A DNA stretch of 64,000 nucleotides, taken from IMG/VR virus record IMGVR_UViG_3300028394_003206. One strand, written 5' to 3'. Every line of letters begins with the position of its first letter. The stretch's first letter is position 1. This document shows positions 19,824-29,788 of this stretch, in pieces. A program made the translations under genes and the position numbers. The DNA comes from an uncultured virus (IMG/VR IMGVR_UViG_3300028394_003206). Taxonomy: Duplodnaviria > Heunggongvirae > Uroviricota > Caudoviricetes. The notes below the pieces were generated by a model, which was not told where the DNA came from, ran no database searches, and saw only the letters and a program-made list of their open reading frames with translations.

Positions 19824-20000
19824 TCAAATCTCTTTTTTCTTTGACCAATAATCAGATTCAAATGGTTTATGAAATTGTCCTATAAATTGTGTAACAGAAG
19901 TAAATCTTTCACCATCATATGTGTATTTATGTAAATCAGGGTCAAATTTGAAATTATCATCCTGGAATATTTTTAATTTTTCTAAAATTTCTTCTTTCAT
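19824..20000 (-). pseudogene. Truncated paralog of the 18182 exonuclease (58 aa)
   Basis: MKEEILEKLKIFQDDNFKFDPDLHKYTYDGERFTSVTQFIGQFHKPF aligns with the 18182 N-terminus; stops before the catalytic core. Confidence 0.8.
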
Positions 20001-20935
20001 ATATAATCTAAATAATTAGGTGACAATAAATCACATATTCTATAATTTCTTAATACTTTAGGTGAAACATTGAATTCATCAAATGAATGTATGTTTTCAA
20101 ACTTATAATTATTTATTTTATTAAATCTTATATAAATAGTTTTATTAATTCTTTTTTCTAATTCAATACCACAATCATTAAAATACATTTGCCATTTTTT
20201 AAGATAAATCTTTAAATCATTTAAAGTTTTTAAAATTGTATTTCTTTTAATTACTTTATTGAATAAATTAAAAACCCTTAATGTTAACATTAAACCTAAA
20301 TCATCTATTATTTTATTAAGAAATAACTCTGAATCAAAAGTTTTTAAAGAATTTAATCTATTAAACTCTGATGATTTTTCAACCTCATCTATTACATAAT
20401 TTATATCACAAGATGGATTTTCATATATAATCATAGAAACTAAAACATCAATGCTAGAATTTTTTGCCCTTATTTCATGTGGTAATGATTCATAAAATAA
20501 ACTTCTGAAATAATTCATGTGATTAATATTTAGATTTAAACTATCATAGTTATTTAAATATCTAGAATTTTTCCACTTAGTTTTATCAAAAATATCTCTA
20601 ACTTGGTAAAGTTCATATAAATGAGTTAATTCATGTATAAGATTTTTATAAACATTTTTTTTATCTATATTACTTAATGGTATATTTAAATTTATAATAC
20701 AATTATTAAAATCACTTTTTACACACTCTTCGAAATTGATATTCCCACTGTAATAATTATTATTAGTAAAATTTAAAACAATATTTAAAGAGCATTTTAA
20801 AGAGTTATCATTTAAAATAAAATTAATATTAGAATTTACTTTATTATGTAAAATATTATTTATTTTATTTATATTACTATTTAAAACATCAATTATAGTA
20901 TCGGGTATACCATTTTTTTCTAATAAAATTTTCAT
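19997..20935 (-). CDS. Putative zincin metalloprotease
   Basis: LIHELTHLYE (HExxH) with downstream PHEIRA. Confidence 0.6.
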   Translation of the reverse strand: MKILLEKNGIPDTIIDVLNSNINKINNILHNKVNSNINFILNDNSLKCSLNIVLNFTNNNYYSGNINFEECVKSDFNNCIINLNIPLSNIDKKNVYKNLIHELTHLYELYQVRDIFDKTKWKNSRYLNNYDSLNLNINHMNYFRSLFYESLPHEIRAKNSSIDVLVSMIIYENPSCDINYVIDEVEKSSEFNRLNSLKTFDSELFLNKIIDDLGLMLTLRVFNLFNKVIKRNTILKTLNDLKIYLKKWQMYFNDCGIELEKRINKTIYIRFNKINNYKFENIHSFDEFNVSPKVLRNYRICDLLSPNYLDYI

Positions 20936-22773
20936 TATTTTAATAATTCATTCTTCCTAACTTCGGGATCTTTACCAAACCATGTGGTTAAACCACTTTT
21001 ACTAGCATCATCTTTTGTTATCAATGTTAACTGTGGATTATTAATCATTTCTTTATATTCATCATCAACTAATGCACCTAATCCCTTTTTATACTTTATT
21101 TCCCAATTTAACAAGTTTTCTTTTTGGGTAAATTTATCATATTCAGTTTGATTATAAAAAATCAACTTCTTTTTAGTTTTTTTATTAGTTGCTGTTAATA
21201 AAGGTGTTTCTACTTTATAAACCATTTTCATCTCAAATAATTCAGGCCAAAATTTATAAAAGAAATTTATTAATAAAGCTGAAATTGAATTTCCATCTTG
21301 GTCAGCATCAGCTGCTATGAAAATATTACCATATCTTAATGACTTTTTATCAACAGGTTGTCCTAATTTCAAACCAATAGCAGCCATCATATTAACAGCC
21401 TCTGTATTTTGAACCAATTTTTGATTTGTAATTTCAGACACATTTATAAATTTACCTCTTAATGAAAAAGCACCCATTATTTCTGGAACTCTAAACTTTC
21501 TATGTGCAGAACTTGCGCTATCTCCCTCATATAGAAATAGTTGACACTTCATTCTATCTTTTCCTTTAGCATCAATTAACTTTTCAACTTTAATTTTAGA
21601 TAGTTTTTTATTTAATTCTCTTTGTAACTTATTATCTTCAGCATTTTTCTTTTGTTGAATCCAATCTAATATAGAGTTAACAATTTCAGATTTTAATATA
21701 TTTTGTATTAATTTACTAGAAACTTCAAATGTAAATCCAAAATCTTTAGATTCTGTTATCATTTTTTCTTTTGTTTGAGATGAGAATGAAGGATTTATAA
21801 CTGTTGCATCTAGGAAGATAAACATATGATTTTTTATTTCAGATGGTTTTATATCCACTTTATGTTTCTTTAAAAAGAATTCTCTAACTTGTGAAACTAT
21901 TTGATTTGTTATATAATCTAAGTGTGTTCCACCATCATAGGTTTCTGTTGAGTTAACAAAACTAATTTGTTGAAAACCATTATCAGACAATGCAACTCCT
22001 AAAGACCATTTTTTATCTTTTCTAGATTCAAAAAAATATTCATCTTTATAAAATTTAATATAATCCTCAAATGAATTTATTTCTATCAATTTATCATTTA
22101 AATATATTTTCAAATGTGTATTACAAGCAGCTAAATCATAAACTCTTTTTTCAATCATTTTAAAATGATCATTATCTAAACCATCTAAACCAAATTTTTC
22201 ATAATCAGGTTTGAATGTGATTTGAGTGTGATTTGTTTTTGATTTTTTAATAATTGGAGTTGTTCTATCTCTCATATTATTAGAAAATGTTTGTATAAAA
22301 GAATTCTTACCATCACAAGTGCTAACTGTAAATTCTGTTGAGAAAATATTAGTACAAGAACTACCCACACCGTGTGTACCAGCCCAAGTACGATTATCAT
22401 CTTCTGAGAAATTTGATCCAGCTCTCATATTAGAAAAAATCATTTCAGGAATCCATTCATCTTCTATATTTTTAGTTACCTCAATCCCACCATTATCCCA
22501 AACACTTATAATATCATTATCTATATTTATTTTTATTAGATTTAATTTTGAACCATCCCTTTTAGATTCATCAATTGAATTTGTGATTATTTCATCAAAT
22601 AATTTAACAAATGCTGGTATATGTGTTAGAACTTTTTTAGTGATTTTATCATCTTCAAATACCCATTTTTCTATTGTACTTGGCTTTATAGAACCTAAAT
22701 ACATCCCAGGTCTTAATAAGACATGTTCCCTATCTGTTAGTTTTTTATATTTATCTTCAATTTTCTTAGCCAT
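20935..22773 (-). CDS. Type IIA DNA topoisomerase large subunit (T4 gp39+gp60-like)
   Basis: EHVLLRPGMYLGS, DEIITNSIDE, DNGG, GTHGVG, EGDSA, LRGK, DADQDG, KKGLG. Confidence 0.95.
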   Translation of the reverse strand: MAKKIEDKYKKLTDREHVLLRPGMYLGSIKPSTIEKWVFEDDKITKKVLTHIPAFVKLFDEIITNSIDESKRDGSKLNLIKINIDNDIISVWDNGGIEVTKNIEDEWIPEMIFSNMRAGSNFSEDDNRTWAGTHGVGSSCTNIFSTEFTVSTCDGKNSFIQTFSNNMRDRTTPIIKKSKTNHTQITFKPDYEKFGLDGLDNDHFKMIEKRVYDLAACNTHLKIYLNDKLIEINSFEDYIKFYKDEYFFESRKDKKWSLGVALSDNGFQQISFVNSTETYDGGTHLDYITNQIVSQVREFFLKKHKVDIKPSEIKNHMFIFLDATVINPSFSSQTKEKMITESKDFGFTFEVSSKLIQNILKSEIVNSILDWIQQKKNAEDNKLQRELNKKLSKIKVEKLIDAKGKDRMKCQLFLYEGDSASSAHRKFRVPEIMGAFSLRGKFINVSEITNQKLVQNTEAVNMMAAIGLKLGQPVDKKSLRYGNIFIAADADQDGNSISALLINFFYKFWPELFEMKMVYKVETPLLTATNKKTKKKLIFYNQTEYDKFTQKENLLNWEIKYKKGLGALVDDEYKEMINNPQLTLITKDDASKSGLTTWFGKDPEVRKNELLK

Positions 22774-22809
22774 TTTTAATTTTATCTAGTTTATTATTTA
22801 TAATATATA

Positions 22810-23005
22810 AAAATTCTTTTTGTTTGTTTAATAAATCTTCATCACTAAAAACATAATAGTGATCAAAACCCTTTTCAATAGCAACATTTTCTTTTAAAAT
22901 GTCATAATCCAGTTTTTCGTTATAAGGTATATTTGAATACATACATTTCCATTTTTCTTGTTCATCTCTTTTAGGGTGGAATTTTATACCATGATATTCA
23001 AATAT
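22810..23005 (-). pseudogene. C-terminal fragment of a Vsr/DUF559-like endonuclease
   Basis: IFEYHGIKFHPK...YDILKENVAIEKGFDHYYVFSD with no start or N-terminus. Confidence 0.55.
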
Positions 23006-23118
23006 AGATTAGCATCTATATCATCTATGATTTGTAATGGTTCTACAATTTGATCAGGATGTTCAATAGCAACTATCCATCATTGAAAATGAAATTTAAA
23101 TTTGAAAATAAATCATTA

Positions 23119-23616
23119 TTAAAATTCATCATCATCCCATTCTATTTCTCTAAAAGTTACAAATTCATTAGGATATATTTTATTTATTTTATCAACAAGT
23201 TCTGTTGTTTCATCAATTAGATATTCAAAACCAGGTAGATCTTGGTCATTATATTCTATTATTAAAGCAATTTTATAGACAATTTTAGACGTTTTAATAT
23301 CTTTTAAATCTATCTTAACATTTATATAATCATATTTATATTCATCTTTTTGGTGGTTGAATAAACCATCTATCACACTTATATAATCAAGTTCATATCT
23401 GAAAACTTTATTGTAAATGTATTTGCACATACAATTTATATCATATTTAAAAGTTGCACCTTTGTCAATATATTCAAGTGATAAATCTTTTAAATCTTCA
23501 ATTAAATCCCAATTAATTCTATCTTTAAATAAATTTTCCATTTCATTTTTGGAAATTCCATCTAAATATGATAAAGTTTCATTTAAAAATTCATTATATT
23601 TCTTAATCTTTTTCAT
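23119..23616 (-). CDS. Leader-bearing small acidic protein (KDLxxExxD family)
   Basis: MKKIKKYNEFLNE; similar to 59175..59609. Confidence 0.8.
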   Translation of the reverse strand: MKKIKKYNEFLNETLSYLDGISKNEMENLFKDRINWDLIEDLKDLSLEYIDKGATFKYDINCMCKYIYNKVFRYELDYISVIDGLFNHQKDEYKYDYINVKIDLKDIKTSKIVYKIALIIEYNDQDLPGFEYLIDETTELVDKINKIYPNEFVTFREIEWDDDEF

Positions 23617-23634
23617 TTAAAATTATTTTTTTTT

Positions 23635-24093
23635 CTAATATTTTTTTTCTAATATAAGAAATTCAAAATATCCACTTTGTCTAATTGACATGGAAAATAT
23701 ATAACCCATACTTTCGATAACACCTTGGATATATTTTATTTTTTCTTGAAATATAAAGTATCTATTATTTGGAATTGAGAATCCTTCCCTTTTTTCAATA
23801 TAAGTTGTAGCAACTTCTGATTCAAAAAGTTCTTCAAACTTAATTAAATAAGCACATACATCCAATTCGTTTTCATTCGAACCTCTATATTTGTCAAAAT
23901 TATAGACTTTACCCAACCATTCAAGTTTTTTACTAGGGTTTATAAAAAAAAGAACATGTGATATAGAATAATTAAATCCTATATCAGAAAACTCTGTTAA
24001 TAAATCTTTTAAGTTATCTACATCATCGAAAATATCATTACTTAAATCTTTATTTTCATTTAAAAATATGTTATATTTCTTAATCTTTCTCAT
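23635..24093 (-). CDS. Leader-bearing small acidic protein (KDLxxExxD family)
   Basis: MRKIKKYNIFLNE; LKDLLTEFSDIG. Confidence 0.8.
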   Translation of the reverse strand: MRKIKKYNIFLNENKDLSNDIFDDVDNLKDLLTEFSDIGFNYSISHVLFFINPSKKLEWLGKVYNFDKYRGSNENELDVCAYLIKFEELFESEVATTYIEKREGFSIPNNRYFIFQEKIKYIQGVIESMGYIFSMSIRQSGYFEFLILEKKY

Positions 24094-24200
24094 TCTTTAG
24101 TTGGTATTTTAGGTTTTGTAATATATATTAATTTTACAATACCTTTTTTAAAACAAAGCAAATATTTGATATATATAACTAATAAAAAATATATTCTAAT

Positions 24201-26384
24201 ATGAATGAAAAAACTATATCTGAATTTTTAAATAATGAGTATAAGGAGTTTGCAATGTATGTTATTGAAAACCGTGCAATACCATCTGTTATAGATTCAT
24301 TTAAATCATCACATAGAAAAATTATTCATGTTTCTAATCAAATATGGAAAACTGGTAGTGAAAAACATTTAAAGGTTTTTCAACTCGTTGGGAAAATAGC
24401 TAGTGATTGCTTACACTATGATAGTGAAGTTTTATTATCAAATGGTGATAAAATTAAAATTGGTGAATGGTTTGATAATTATCCTGATGTTGAATTGGAA
24501 GTTTTATCTATAGATGAAAATGGTGAAATTGTCACTAACAGAGGCTATAATCCTAAATGCTCTCTTCAAAAATATGTTTATGAAATTGAAACTGAAGATG
24601 GTAAAATCCACAAAATGAGTGGAAATCACCAAGTTATGTTAATAGATGGAACTTATAAAAAAGCTTCTGATTTAACTATTGAAGATGAAATAAAAAGTAT
24701 AGATTTATTAAAAAATATTAAGAATATAAATAAAATAGTATTAGAAAAACCAGAATATTATTATGATATATCTGTTGATAATCATCACAATTTCATTATA
24801 AATGATTCAATTGTTGTACACAACTGTTTCTACCACCATGGTGATTGTTTAGAACCTGATACCCAGATAGTTAGGAGTGATAATTCAATTATAACTATAG
24901 GTGAATGGTTTGAAAAATATCCAAATGAAAAGTTTGAATTAATTTCTTATGATGAAGAAACAAAATCTTTTACTACTGGAATTGGACACTCACCAAGAAT
25001 TGGAAGTATAACTGATATTGAATATGAGATAAAAATGGAAGATGATAGTCAATTCAAATGTACTAGAAACCATCCATTTTTAACACAAAGAGGTTGGAAA
25101 ATAGCTGAAGATTTATTAGAAACAGATAGTATTAAAAATATCAATGGTTATCTTAAAATTCAAAAAATATATAAAAATATTTTAGAGGAACCAGAAAAGT
25201 TTTATGATATAACAGTAGACAAATATCACAACTTTGTTATAGGTGAAAAAGCGAAAATTGTTACTCACAACTCTTCTTTATCTGGTGCTGTTATTAATAT
25301 GGCACAAAGATTTAAAAATAATGCACCATTATTAGAAGAGGATGGGCAATTTGGTTCTTTGCGATCACCACAGGCGTCAGCACCTAGGTATATTGGAACA
25401 AGATTATCACCTAATTTCAGATTAATTTATAAGGATTTTGAATTACTTAAATATAAAGAAGAAGAAGGAGAATCAATTGAGCCAGAATATTTTCTACCAA
25501 TTATACCAATGGTTTTAGTTAATGGTTCATCGGGTGTTGCAGTAGGTTTTGCCACTAACATTTTAAATAGAGATGTTAAACCTATTATAGATTGTTGTAT
25601 TAAAATATTAAATGGTAAAGAAATATCTATTGTAAAACCTAGTTCAAATGAATTTAATGGTGAATATATACAAGATCCAGAAAATCATAAAAGGTGGATT
25701 ATAAGAGGGGTTGTTAATAAAGTTAATACATCTACTGTTAGAATAACAGAACTTCCACCATCTATGACATATGAAAAGTATGAAGAAATTCTTGATAAAT
25801 TAGTTGATGATAAATTAATAGTTTCTTATGATGATAATTGCAAAGATAATATTGATTATACTATTAAATTTAATAGATCAGCTTTAGATAAATTAGATCA
25901 ACCAAAATTGATAAAACTTCTTAAATTAGAAGAATATTCAACTGAAAATTTCTCTACTTTAGATCAGTATGGTAAATTAAAAATATTTAATTCTTTTGAA
26001 GAAATTGTTCATTATTTTGTAGATTTTAGATTATCATATTATGATAAAAGAAAACAGTTTTTATTAAATAAACTTAATAAAGAGTTAAAAGTTTTAAGTA
26101 ATAGAGGTAGATTTATTAAAGCTATTTTAGATGAGAAATTAAAAATTAATAATGTAGTAAAATCTGAAATTATTAACCAAATTGAAACAATGAATTTGGA
26201 TAAAATTGATGATAGCTATGATTATCTTTTAAGAATGCCAATCTATTCTTTAACTAGAGAATTGTTTGAGAAATTGAAAGAAGATTTTACAAATAAAAAA
26301 TTAGAAATTGTTGAAGTTGAAGCTAAAGAAGTTAAAGAAATGTATTTAGATGATTTAACAGAATTGAAAAAGAAATTCAAATGA
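24201..26384 (+). CDS. Type IIA DNA topoisomerase medium subunit (T4 gp52-like) with two inteins
   Basis: RAIPSVID, YHHGD, GQFGS..APRY (catalytic Tyr), LVNGSSGVAVGFAT, ITELP; 446 aa after removing inteins. Confidence 0.95.
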   Translation: MNEKTISEFLNNEYKEFAMYVIENRAIPSVIDSFKSSHRKIIHVSNQIWKTGSEKHLKVFQLVGKIASDCLHYDSEVLLSNGDKIKIGEWFDNYPDVELEVLSIDENGEIVTNRGYNPKCSLQKYVYEIETEDGKIHKMSGNHQVMLIDGTYKKASDLTIEDEIKSIDLLKNIKNINKIVLEKPEYYYDISVDNHHNFIINDSIVVHNCFYHHGDCLEPDTQIVRSDNSIITIGEWFEKYPNEKFELISYDEETKSFTTGIGHSPRIGSITDIEYEIKMEDDSQFKCTRNHPFLTQRGWKIAEDLLETDSIKNINGYLKIQKIYKNILEEPEKFYDITVDKYHNFVIGEKAKIVTHNSSLSGAVINMAQRFKNNAPLLEEDGQFGSLRSPQASAPRYIGTRLSPNFRLIYKDFELLKYKEEEGESIEPEYFLPIIPMVLVNGSSGVAVGFATNILNRDVKPIIDCCIKILNGKEISIVKPSSNEFNGEYIQDPENHKRWIIRGVVNKVNTSTVRITELPPSMTYEKYEEILDKLVDDKLIVSYDDNCKDNIDYTIKFNRSALDKLDQPKLIKLLKLEEYSTENFSTLDQYGKLKIFNSFEEIVHYFVDFRLSYYDKRKQFLLNKLNKELKVLSNRGRFIKAILDEKLKINNVVKSEIINQIETMNLDKIDDSYDYLLRMPIYSLTRELFEKLKEDFTNKKLEIVEVEAKEVKEMYLDDLTELKKKFK
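24408..24824 (+). mobile_element. Mini-intein 1 (139 aa)
   Basis: Starts CLHYD, block B SGNH, block F YDISV, ends VVHN followed by Cys. Confidence 0.92.
24846..25271 (+). mobile_element. Mini-intein 2 (142 aa)
   Basis: Starts CLEPDT, block B TRNHPF, block F YDITV, ends VTHN followed by Ser. Confidence 0.92.
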
Positions 26385-27175
26385 AAAGAATATTAAAATC
26401 AGAATTAGATAAATTTTATACTAAAAAAGAAATTGCAATTGATTTGATTAATAAAATTGATTTGAATAATTATGATTTAGTTATCGATCCATGTTGTGGA
26501 GATGGTGCTTTTTATTCCAATTTAAATGTAGATAATAAATTAGGAATTGATATACTACCACATATAAATGGAGTAATAAAACATGATTTTTTAACATGGG
26601 ATTATTCTACTATAAATACATCTAGTGATAAAGTTTTAGTTATATCTAACCCACCATTTGGCAAACAAGGTTCACTAGCTTTACAATTTATAAAAAGATG
26701 TTCTGAATTTTCAGATACAATAGCTTTTATTTTACCCATTAGTTTTGCAAAACCTTCTGTTAAAAGAAAAATACCAGAATATTTTCATTTAGAATATGAA
26801 GAAATATTACCAGATAATTCTTATTTATTAGATGGTGAGAATTATGATGTTAAATGTGTTTTTCAAATATGGGTTAAAAAAGATTTTAAAAGAGTTGATG
26901 AGGTAAATGAAAAAGAAATAGGATTTAAATATACAAAAGATAAAACATTATCAACATTATCAATAAGAAGAGTTGGTGTTTATGCAGGGAAAGCTTTTTC
27001 TGAATGTGATAAATCAGAACAATCACATTATTTTATTATATTAGATGATGTAAATAAAAAAGATATTATTATAAATACTTTAAATGAATACAAAGGTTGG
27101 AATGATTTAACTGTTGGACCTCGTTCAATTTCAAAGGGTGAATTGAATATTGTATTGAATAATATTCTTAAATAG
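26381..27175 (+). CDS. DNA amino-methyltransferase (likely N6-adenine)
   Basis: DKFYT, IDPCCGDGAF (motif I), SNPPFG (motif IV). Confidence 0.9.
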   Translation: MKRILKSELDKFYTKKEIAIDLINKIDLNNYDLVIDPCCGDGAFYSNLNVDNKLGIDILPHINGVIKHDFLTWDYSTINTSSDKVLVISNPPFGKQGSLALQFIKRCSEFSDTIAFILPISFAKPSVKRKIPEYFHLEYEEILPDNSYLLDGENYDVKCVFQIWVKKDFKRVDEVNEKEIGFKYTKDKTLSTLSIRRVGVYAGKAFSECDKSEQSHYFIILDDVNKKDIIINTLNEYKGWNDLTVGPRSISKGELNIVLNNILK

Positions 27176-27788
27176 TTCTCATTATAAAGGCTAAAGAATA
27201 ATATTTAGGTCTTATATCAATTGGGCTACCTAAACCAGTATTGTCAATAGTAACTGTTCCTGATGGAGTCCCAGCACTATTATAACTAGTAGCAGCACTA
27301 TTATGAGATTCGCTAGGAGTATCACCTTCAGGAACTTTAGTTGGATCACCTGTTTCTTCATTCCAAGTTTGTATTGTGTGATTATGTGGTGGCAGTTGAT
27401 CACCAACAAAAGTTGCATTGTGATTATGTGGTGGTAGTTGATCCACATTTAAAATTATATCATCATTACCACCAGTATTTCCTATAGTATAGGAAGTTCC
27501 AGAACCAACAATAAACTTATCAGTTAAGTCAGGAGTTCCATTTTGACCATTACATAATGCCCATCCTTCAGGGATAACTGATCCACTCCACATTATAATA
27601 CCACCAATTGGAATTGCACCACCTAAACCACTTTGTGAATTTTGTTCTAATTTATCTAATTTTTGTTGAGCTAATAAAGGAAATCCAAAACCATCCCATA
27701 ACTTATCATCAATTACTTGAACAAGTTTACCCCAACCATCTTCTTGTAGATTTTTTATTTGATAATTAAAATTTCTTCTTGTGCTCAT
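27168..27788 (-). CDS. Phage tail-collar / short fiber domain protein
   Basis: PIGGIIMWSG..P.GWALCNGQNGTPDL..KFIVG, LPPHNH repeats, PKYYSLAFIM. Confidence 0.85.
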   Translation of the reverse strand: MSTRRNFNYQIKNLQEDGWGKLVQVIDDKLWDGFGFPLLAQQKLDKLEQNSQSGLGGAIPIGGIIMWSGSVIPEGWALCNGQNGTPDLTDKFIVGSGTSYTIGNTGGNDDIILNVDQLPPHNHNATFVGDQLPPHNHTIQTWNEETGDPTKVPEGDTPSESHNSAATSYNSAGTPSGTVTIDNTGLGSPIDIRPKYYSLAFIMRTI

Positions 27789-27894
27789 TAAGTATATATA
27801 AAAAAAATAATCTTTTTTATAAAAAAATAAAAAGAGAGAATAATTTTTTAATATATACTTTAACTTTGAGTAAAAAAGTCTCGTGTAGAGATGC

Positions 27895-27928
27895 TAAAAA
27901 ACCCATTCTATAAAAGAATGGGTTTTTT
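27895..27928. terminator. Bidirectional intrinsic terminator
   Basis: AAAAAACCCATTCT-ATAAA-AGAATGGGTTTTTT. Confidence 0.8.
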
Positions 27929-27933
27929 ATTTT

Positions 27934-28152
27934 TTAAAAACTTGGTGAGATATGTCCATTACAGATTATTACCATTTTTCTACCATTTAACCAAACATCA
28001 GCACTTTGGTTAGATGTCATTTTGAAACTATCACATTCAAATTGTGTAGTTGTTTCAGTGAAACCTTCACCATTATGAACATTTAAAATTATTCTTTTTT
28101 GTGTTTGTTTACAACTTGTAAAAGAAATTAATGCAATTATTAAGTATTTCAT
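27934..28152 (-). CDS. Small putative lipoprotein
   Basis: MKYLIIALISFTSC lipobox-like N-terminus. Confidence 0.6.
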   Translation of the reverse strand: MKYLIIALISFTSCKQTQKRIILNVHNGEGFTETTTQFECDSFKMTSNQSADVWLNGRKMVIICNGHISPSF

Positions 28153-28190
28153 ATGTGATTATTTTAATATATAAAAATAAAAAAATAATT

Positions 28191-28787
28191 ATGTTATATA
28201 CAAGAGAAAAAATTGAAGAAGCAGTTAAGTCAAAAGGATATGTTTGGTTTTCCGATGATTCTAATAAAGGATATGATGTTAATATTGTAGGTGTTAGAAA
28301 TTCTTCTACAAATGAAGCTGTTACAAATCTTTTTGATGATATTATTACTATATCATTTAAAATTGATGGTGAATGGCAATATTTTGAATGGGCTTGTACT
28401 ACAGACCCAGGTAAAAAGGGTGTTATGGAATATCACAATGTTAATGGTGTTGCAAGACTTGTAGAGGGTCAGTATAGAGGTTCACATTCATTAGGTCTCC
28501 ACCAAGGTAAATATGAAGCACTTAAACAAGCAAAACCAGTTAAAGTTTATCGTGATGCAAATAAAGATATGGTTTATGACGAAAATAAGATTTCCGAGGG
28601 CATTTTTGGAATTAATATTCATAAAGCTGGACAAGATTCAACTTGGGTCGAAAATTGGTCAGAAGGATGCCAAGTGTTTAAACGTGTTAAAGATTTTGAT
28701 GAATTTATGAAAATTGTAAAAAAAGCTGCAAAAATTCATGGAAATTCATTTACATATACATTAATTGAATCAAGCGATATTAAATAA
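28191..28787 (+). CDS. Putative peptidoglycan-acting enzyme, L,D-transpeptidase-like catalytic motif (lysin candidate)
   Basis: GINIH-x12-SEGC; ATG at 28191 behind TAATATATA. Confidence 0.55.
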   Translation: MLYTREKIEEAVKSKGYVWFSDDSNKGYDVNIVGVRNSSTNEAVTNLFDDIITISFKIDGEWQYFEWACTTDPGKKGVMEYHNVNGVARLVEGQYRGSHSLGLHQGKYEALKQAKPVKVYRDANKDMVYDENKISEGIFGINIHKAGQDSTWVENWSEGCQVFKRVKDFDEFMKIVKKAAKIHGNSFTYTLIESSDIK

Positions 28788-28789
28788 AT

Positions 28790-28820
28790 AAAAAAAAGCC
28801 ACTTTTAAAAGTGGCTTTTT
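28790..28820. terminator. Bidirectional terminator, AGCCACTT family
   Basis: AAAAAAAGCCACTTTTAAAAGTGGCTTTTT. Confidence 0.85.
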
Positions 28821-29256
28821 ATTTTAAACTAATTAAATAATCATAAAGTGTATACCAATCTTTAATATCATCACCAAATTTTATCCAAGTTCCTTCAAAT
28901 TCTTCTTGTCCAAATCCACCTTGATCATCAATTAAAAATTCACCTTTGACTAGAGATTTATTTGGACAGATAATCAATCTATCCACACCCCATTGTCCAA
29001 AATGATTTAATATCCATTGAGCTTTTTCACTATAGCAATTTATGTTTCTAGTAGATGGTCTAGTTAAAAACCATATATCAAAATCTCGACTTAATTTTAA
29101 TATATTATCAACAGCTCCTTCAATTGGACTCAAACCCAGGAAAAATCCCCATTGTGCTTGTGGGAATGGTTGCTTTGGGTTTTCTAATTTAGCTTTATCT
29201 GATGCTTCTATAAAATGACAAATTGTGTCATCCATATCTATATAAATTCTCTTCAT
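28819..29256 (-). CDS. HAD-family 5'(3')-deoxyribonucleotidase
   Basis: IYIDMDDTI, FLT, EKAQW, KSL..FLIDD. Confidence 0.9.
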   Translation of the reverse strand: MKRIYIDMDDTICHFIEASDKAKLENPKQPFPQAQWGFFLGLSPIEGAVDNILKLSRDFDIWFLTRPSTRNINCYSEKAQWILNHFGQWGVDRLIICPNKSLVKGEFLIDDQGGFGQEEFEGTWIKFGDDIKDWYTLYDYLISLK

Positions 29257-29268
29257 AATGTGTAAAAT

Positions 29269-29502
29269 TTAAATTAAACCTAGAACATCTTTTATCTGTT
29301 CAATTTTATCTTTAGAACCTTGTTCTTTACCTTTATCAAATCCTTCTTTATAAATAATTTCAAATATTTCATCATAACTATAAGGCTCATATAAATTTAC
29401 TTCTTTTTCAATAACTGGTATCCAAAATTTATTTGGATATAATTTACTCAAAACCCCTATATGAACAACTCCTATTTTTTCTAAATCTTCTCTAGTAACC
29501 AT
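29269..29502 (-). CDS. Hypothetical protein
   Basis: ATG at 29502 (MVTREDL). Confidence 0.6.
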   Translation of the reverse strand: MVTREDLEKIGVVHIGVLSKLYPNKFWIPVIEKEVNLYEPYSYDEIFEIIYKEGFDKGKEQGSKDKIEQIKDVLGLI

Positions 29503-29543
29503 AATTATAATTTTTAATAAATATACAAAAAATATATTAAATA

Positions 29544-29573
29544 ATAAAGCCACTTTTTAAAAAGTGGCTTTAT
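29544..29573. terminator. Terminator, AGCCACTT family
   Basis: ATAAAGCCACTTTTTAAAAAGTGGCTTTAT. Confidence 0.8.
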
Positions 29574-29575
29574 TT

Positions 29576-29788
29576 TCAATAATTAGATTGTGCATCTTCG
29601 TATAATTTAATTATTTCTTTAGCTTTTTTATATTGCTCGATTGATGGTATAGAATTATCTTCAACAAATTTTATAATAAATGATTCTATTAATCTAGATC
29701 TATTTAAATGATTCTCACTTACTATCTTTTCAAATTTCTCATACAATTCATCATCAATTGCATAGGTTCTAGTTGTTCTTGTTTTCAT
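29576..29788 (-). CDS. Ribbon-helix-helix DNA-binding protein
   Basis: TRTYAIDDELYEKF...NRSRLIESFI. Confidence 0.7.
   Translation of the reverse strand: MKTRTTRTYAIDDELYEKFEKIVSENHLNRSRLIESFIIKFVEDNSIPSIEQYKKAKEIIKLYEDAQSNY

Noticed and set aside
18930..19824. Group I intron housing the LAGLIDADG gene
   Set aside because: No room for intron core structure, and no downstream exon for either flanking gene
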